Shown piece after piece: positions 58,182-64,000 of a stretch of 64,000 nt of DNA. The DNA comes from Selaginella moellendorffii (lineage: Eukaryota > Plantae > Lycopodiophyta). The stretch lies in NCBI RefSeq assembly GCF_000143415.4, contig NW_003314274.1:1502851-1566850 (forward strand), read 5' to 3'. The notes beneath the pieces were generated by a model. It was not told the DNA's origin and made no database searches. It saw only the letters and a list, made by a program, of their open reading frames with translations. How positions within the stretch are numbered: position 1 is the first letter of the stretch; each line of letters starts with the position of its first letter. Both the position numbers and the translations under genes were made by a program.

Positions 58182-61100
58182 TCATCCCCTCCTCTCGGAA
58201 TAATGGAAGACTATTAGGGTTCTCTTGTATATGGCCCAAGATTTGGAGGAACATCAGGAGGAAGCATTGGCGGATTTGTAGGTGGTCTCAGTTGTTCTTA
58301 ATCCCTTTGTATAAAGCGTTTCAATTGTTACACATGCACAATTTCTGGAGGATTAACCTGCTAGATGTCATGCTAAACCTCATAAACTTGTAATCCAACT
58401 TGCCACAACACCCAATACTGTCCTTTCCACTGAGCAAACAACCCCTTAGATAAACCACGTACCATAAGATGGGGAAAATGGACTAACACCAAGTCATTCA
58501 CTTTGTACTTTACAGATGGATGATGATGGGAGTTGTAGTGCCATTGTTGTCCCACTTATATACGGCTTAAGTGTTTCACAAACTTTGTTCGGACAAATAG
58601 AAGAACGCTTGTCAAATACTAATCTCACGACCTAGCATTAGCAACTCATGACAATCGCAAAGGTAAACTCAGCTCTATTGGTAAAATTGGATCATGACCA
58701 TATAAAATTTTATATGGTGAAGCACTAATAGAACTTTGCACCCCTATAACATATATATACTGAAGAAACGGCAAATAACTATCCCAATCTAAATCTTGAA
58801 AGTTCACGTACTTTGCGATCATTCCTTTGAATGTCCAAATGAGCTGTTCCACCAAACCGTATGACTGTGGATGATAAACACTCATGAAAGTGTAGTATAT
58901 CCCAACTGAGACGTCAAAACAGGAAATGCCTCAGCCATAAATGTGGGACCATTATTAAGAATGCTGAAACACCACTCGATTGAAGAGGAAGTATTCAATA
59001 GTAGTTGCAAAGGCACTAGCAAGAGCACCAACTTCCACCCAACAAGTCAAATAGTCAAAAGCAATAATAATATACTTATTGCCAATAGTTAATTGTGGAA
59101 AAGATCCTATAAGATTAAATGCCACCAACTCAAATGGATGGGAAATTGCAATTGACCCCAACCATCCTTTTCCAGCACGAAAGGGAATATTACGAGCTTG
59201 GCACCAAACACAGTTATGCACATACTGGATAACATCACATCGCATCTCTAGCCAATAAAAATATCTATGCAGTTTCTCGGTCACACGACGATGTCCCATA
59301 TGCCCACCTAGAATAGGAGAATCATGATAGGCATGGAGAAACCGTGGAATAAAGACAGAAGGCACTACCAGCCGTAAAGGATCATCAAGATCCATCCTAC
59401 AAAATATAAAAGGCCTTCTTCAAGGCAATACTAAGAATGTAAATGTTAGAATGGCAAGTCATAAACAAATGATATAAGATTCTCAAACCCATCACGAAGC
59501 CTTTGAATCCATAGCTTAAGTTTTTGAGGCTCATGAACCTCATCAAGATTAGGTAGATCTTGCTTTGCACATTGTGGACACTGAATATTAAATATAAAAT
59601 TGCCGATGGCACAAAATCCTTGTTTAGAAAATTCACAAATGCCAGAACAACAAGCTTGTCAAAAATATGAAAAGAGAGTGGAGAAGAAAGAGGAGCTCAA
59701 AAAAGGGCATCAACATCAGCCATAGAACTCCCTGGCCGATAAACAATATCAAAATCATATATCTGAAGCTTCAAAGCCCACCAAGTAGTACGACCAACCA
59801 GGTTCTTTCACTTCAATAATAAAGTAACTGCAGCATAATCACCTTCAAGTAACTAATGTCCGGAACCATGTACATATACATAAAATTTCTCAAAACCCCA
59901 AACTATTGCTAAACACTCCTTCTCTATCGTGGAGTAATTCACCTCCACTAGTTGTAATGCATGGCTTATATATACAATAGGATAGAGCTGACCAGGCACA
60001 TTTGGGCTCTCTCGCATCAACACACTTCCAACACCAATATCAAAAGCATCCACCTGCAAAATAAAAGGTCGAGTGTAATTAGGATATGCCAAAACCGGAG
60101 GAGTCATTAAGAGCTCATTAAAATCCATGAACACCCACTCACAATCCAAAGACCAGATGAAAGATGACGTTGATGACTTAAGCAATGCTCGCAATGGTGC
60201 GTGCAATAAGAAAGATGATCCACAAAATAAATGAGATATTGCGTCTTGCCTAGGAAGCACTGCACATCATTTACACACTTCAGAGTAGGGAACTTTAGAA
60301 CAGCCACATGTTTGTTAGGATCAACTTGCAAACCCTCACGAGAAACAGTACCCAAGATAAGTCATGTTCTTAGACCCAAACATGCATTTCGACCGCTTCA
60401 GCGTTAAATCAACATCCTATAGCCAATCTAACACTTTATAAACATCATGAATATGCTCCTCCAACATCCCTTCTGAGTGAATCAAGATATCATCAATGAA
60501 GTCAACAATCACCTCCAGTATATTGCAAAGAATCTCGTCCATCATCCATTGGAAAGTTATTGGAGCATTGTTCAAACCAAATGGCATTACCAAGAATTTG
60601 TACAAACCAAATAGTGTACTTAAAGCAGTCTTAAGAATATCTTTTTCAGCCATTGGTATTTGCTAGTACCCAAAAGCAAGATCTAGCTTGGTGAACCAAC
60701 AACTTCGCCCTAGACAATCCAAGAGATCAACAGTGTGAGGAAGAGGGTATATATCCAGGATCGTCACTTTATTTAACGGACAATAGTCGATGCAGAAACA
60801 AATTCTCCCATTAAGCTTTGTCACAAGATGAGGTTCATATGCCCAAGGATTTTGCAACTTTCGATTAACACCCTTCTCTAACATCTTCTTGACGTTTACA
60901 TGTAAAATCTTGATCTCTTTGGGTGACTAATGACGAACAGGAACCTTGATTGGACGAGCATCCCCAGTTGGAATCGAATGACATGTGGCAATCTTGGCCC
61001 CAGACGATAAGTCAAATTCAAAGAGATTAGAATACTCCTTCATGAGCCGGTCAACCGCTGCAACACAAAGATTGTCGGAGGGATAAAAAAAGGGAAGAGC

Positions 61101-62804
61101 AGAACAAAATGGAAATATACAAAGAAATAGTGTGGGGACAAAAGTAATAGAAGCAGAAGTAGAAGTAAACAAAGAGGTATAGAAGTGAGAGGAATGGATA
61201 AAATATAAGGAAGTATGAGACAAAGGGGAGAAGGCTCAAAATCACACTTGGCATAATTGTGCTGCAACCAATCCATATCAAAGATGAGGTCAAAAGCTTG
61301 ACTCAGCACCACCCGCAATGACTACAATCCAAGCTCGAGATCGCCCACATGCACAACCAAATCTACCTCATCCCGTGCACATACATGTGTACGGCCATTG
61401 CCATAAAGAATAAAAATTGGCTCCGTCGCATGACGCAAGTGTAGACAACAACGTGTGGCAACATGTCGAGCAATAAAGATAAACTCGAACTTGTATTAAC
61501 CAACATGGAGAGAATAACAGAAGACCTCTCATTATAAAAATGAGTTTAGAAAGTAAACACTATATAAATTGGTGCCAAGTGAACTCCTTGATGATACTCC
61601 CGAAAGAAAGATGAAGGGGTCACTAACTTATTCATGCAAGGTTCCTCTATTACTCGCGTGACTCCTTGTTTCCTAGATGCATCTCGGTATCCAAACCTTC
61701 CACTACAGCAGCACCAATAGGACATTGTTAACGCCAAGGTCTCCACCTAGGAAATGGAGGTTGCTAATCCAGAAAATGCTAACAAAACCGATAAGTATGG
61801 CCAACTTCATCACATACCCAAAAGCAAACATCATGGCCACAAACACATCTTCACCCTTGTCCTTGGACTTGAGCAGCAGCAACATTAACCTCCATTGAAA
61901 CAAGACCATCATCGCCCATAAGAAGTGGAGCGAAAGGACATGCAATGAGAAGTGGAAGAAGTGATGTTTCATAACATTGTGCCAAGATAAGAGCATTATC
62001 AAGGGTGGTTAGAGCAAGTGCATGTACAAGTCCGACAAGATCTTGACAAAGTGCTAGCCACAAAATTCCTAGCTTGATCTGCTCTAACATATTTGGCTTT
62101 GCACGGAGCAAGAGGCTTCAGAAATGAACACCAAATTGCATCATTGACTCAGATGGCCCTTGACAAAGACAATGCAATTGCTGGAAGGCACAATCACAAT
62201 CGTTGGCATATCCGAATGTGCATTTGAAGACGTTCAGGAGAACATTCCAACTGCACTCAAACCATTGTACCACTACAGTGCCATCCTTTCGAAACACGTG
62301 GGAAACTCACTCAAATGTCAAACATCATCCCAAGAATGAGAGGTGGCAATCACCATGAAATGTGATCAAACCAATAATACACATCATCCTTAGGATTCCC
62401 ACAAAAGAACTCTGGCTGAATGCAAGGATGGCACCAAGAGAAAGAGGAGTTGTACCATGTGACATGAATGCCACTATCAACTGAGTTTGATTGTTCAATT
62501 GCAATTGCATGGGATCAAGCAATTGCACCAACTATTGCTCTAGAGTCAGAAGAGGATATTGCTGCTCTGCCATGAAGATGAATAAAAAAGAAAAAGCAAA
62601 AGAAGGGAAATGAGGAAAAACTAGAAGGAAAGAAAGATTTAGACAATGGAAAAGCTAAATTTAAACCAAAATCTTGAAAGAAAAGAATAAAAGAAAGGAA
62701 ATGGAAAAAACTAGATCTAGACGATGCAAAAGTTAAATCTAAACCAAAATCCCAAATTCAAGCACTCCTCAGGGACAATGAAATATGCCCTTCAACTCCA
62801 TCAA

Positions 62805-62978
62805 TATGAGTTTAGAATATGGAAAGGGAATATAGAAAATGTGCATATTAATTAACCCAAAAACCCTAGCTTATATACAGGAGTGAATGGTTTGGATTGA
62901 AATTAATCTGACGGCTACCAAAATCCCACTACATTAATATTAATATATGGCATCGTAGTTGTACACTTGGACCTCACA
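62805..62978 (-). repeat. 5' LTR of the Gypsy element (degenerate PBS adjacent at about 62786-62804)
   Basis: GAATATGGAAAGGGAATATA...CCCAAAAACCCTA...GGCTACCAAAATCCCA...TTGGACCTCACA shared with 58006-58181; minus-strand TTGATGGAGTTGAAGGG follows. Confidence 0.88.
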
Positions 62979-63159
62979 ATACTAATTTTTTCAATTTTGA
63001 AGACTTTTCATGCCAAAATTTATGTTCAATTTGTACAAAGTTAGCCAAGAACCCTTCTTGACTCTTCTCTAGATGCACCAACTTCATATGCATCTTGCTT
63101 GAACTTCAATAAAAGCTATAAACAAAAACAATAAAAAATGACATTATATCTAAATTTTA

Positions 63160-63300
63160 TCCTATAATCATGTGTTATCCAAATCTCATTTTATGATCAC
63201 TAAATCTACCAATCTTTCCATTATAAAATCTCATCCTATCATTATATGCATTATCCAAATTTCATTCTATGATCACTAAATTTACTAATTCTTCCATTGT
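63160..63300. repeat. About 75-bp tandem duplication
   Basis: TTATCCAAAT.TCATT.TATGATCACTAAAT.TAC.AAT.TT.CCATT at about 63175 and 63251. Confidence 0.8.
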
Positions 63301-63354
63301 GTAAATCAATTATTTGATGTGAAGTAACTAGTTCTACAAGGGATATTTTTGTTT

Positions 63355-63720
63355 GTGGATGGATGTTCAATATATAATTTTAAATTTAGGGGTAGAAATA
63401 TACATACTCAAGGCTATATTATATTTTAATGGCTACCTTTTTCCATGGATGGATGCTTAATATATAATTTAAGATTTAGGGGTAGAAATATGCCTACTCA
63501 AGGTTATATTATATTTTAATGGCTATATTTGTAGATGAATGCTCAATATATAATTTCAAATTTAGGGGTAGAAATATGCCTAATCAAGGGCATATTATAT
63601 TTTAATTAGCCATTAATCAATTTGGATGCTCAATACATATGATTTCAAATTTAGGGGTGGGAATGGATGTTCAATACATATGATTTAAAACTTAAAGGTA
63701 GAAATTTACCTTACTCAAAA
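63355..63720. repeat. Tandem repeat, about 88-bp unit (3 full copies plus partial copies)
   Basis: GGATG.TCAATATATAATTT.AAATTTAGGGGTAGAAATAT.C.TACTCAAGG.TATATTATATTTTAAT recurs at about 63360, 63450 and 63535, with shorter copies at about 63624 and 63665. Confidence 0.9.
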
Positions 63721-64000
63721 TAACCATTAATCATTGGGAATCAAACTCATGCCATTGCTCTTGTAACACACTATATTTCTCTCCCCTTAACCCAACTAAA
63801 AAAGGATTAATTAATTGATGAAAAAGCTTTTAATGGTTATTTTATCCTTATTTATCCCTCAAGGTTTTAAGGATCCATGACAATATATCCAAATCTTATC
63901 CCATGACTATATGCACTACAATTTTGTTTAAATAGGTTGCATATGTTTAGATTAACATATTTAAATGCCATATATATAAGATTTGTCTACTATAAATGGC

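Larger units (their letters stand above)
58006..62978 (-). mobile_element. Degenerate full-length Ty3/Gypsy LTR retrotransposon
   Basis: Two LTRs of about 175 bp; minus-strand order gag-PR-RT (CIDYCPLN, MPFGLNNAP, FIDDILI)-RNase H (FILQVDA, NYSTIEKECLAIVW)-integrase (GGHMG...CVWCQ, YHPQSYGLVE); many stops and frameshifts; ATAC flanks on both sides. Confidence 0.93.

Noticed and set aside
63355-63720. CRISPR-like array or telomere
   Set aside because: Head-to-tail degenerate units without unique spacers in a eukaryote; TTTAGGG occurs once per unit, not in tandem

Overview
Eukaryotic nuclear DNA from a very compact non-seed land-plant genome. Tiny introns, intronless PLS-class PPR genes and retained flagellar genes suggest a lycophyte, most likely Selaginella (inference). 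Positions 1-54.5 kb are extremely gene-dense, with about 26 genes: two PPRs, an RPL18a-like membrane protein, an ACD/HSP20-like protein, DUF962, remorin, POLAR-like, Tctex-1, ATG5, isopentenyl phosphate kinase, MetE, ASY1, a DHHC S-acyltransferase, dCMP deaminase, a helical/J-like protein, a fungal-type FAD oxidoreductase, HEMA, two BAHD acyltransferases inside a decayed HEMA-BAHD triplication, ARC6, an XRRA1-like LRR protein, a STE20 kinase and a tetraspanin. This part also holds a tRNA with an Ile body and a CAU anticodon. From about 54.8 kb the DNA becomes AT-rich and repetitive, with a degenerate Ty3/Gypsy element, microsatellites and tandem repeats. The top finding is an intact 5-exon gene at 55193-56171 that the ORF track splits into fragments. 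It encodes a signal peptide, a 27-aa four-Cys peptide and a Hedgehog-type Hint/sterol-recognition (Hog) autoprocessing domain, so it is a candidate self-cleaving, sterol-conjugating secreted peptide precursor in a plant. Family assignments come from recalled motifs, not database searches.
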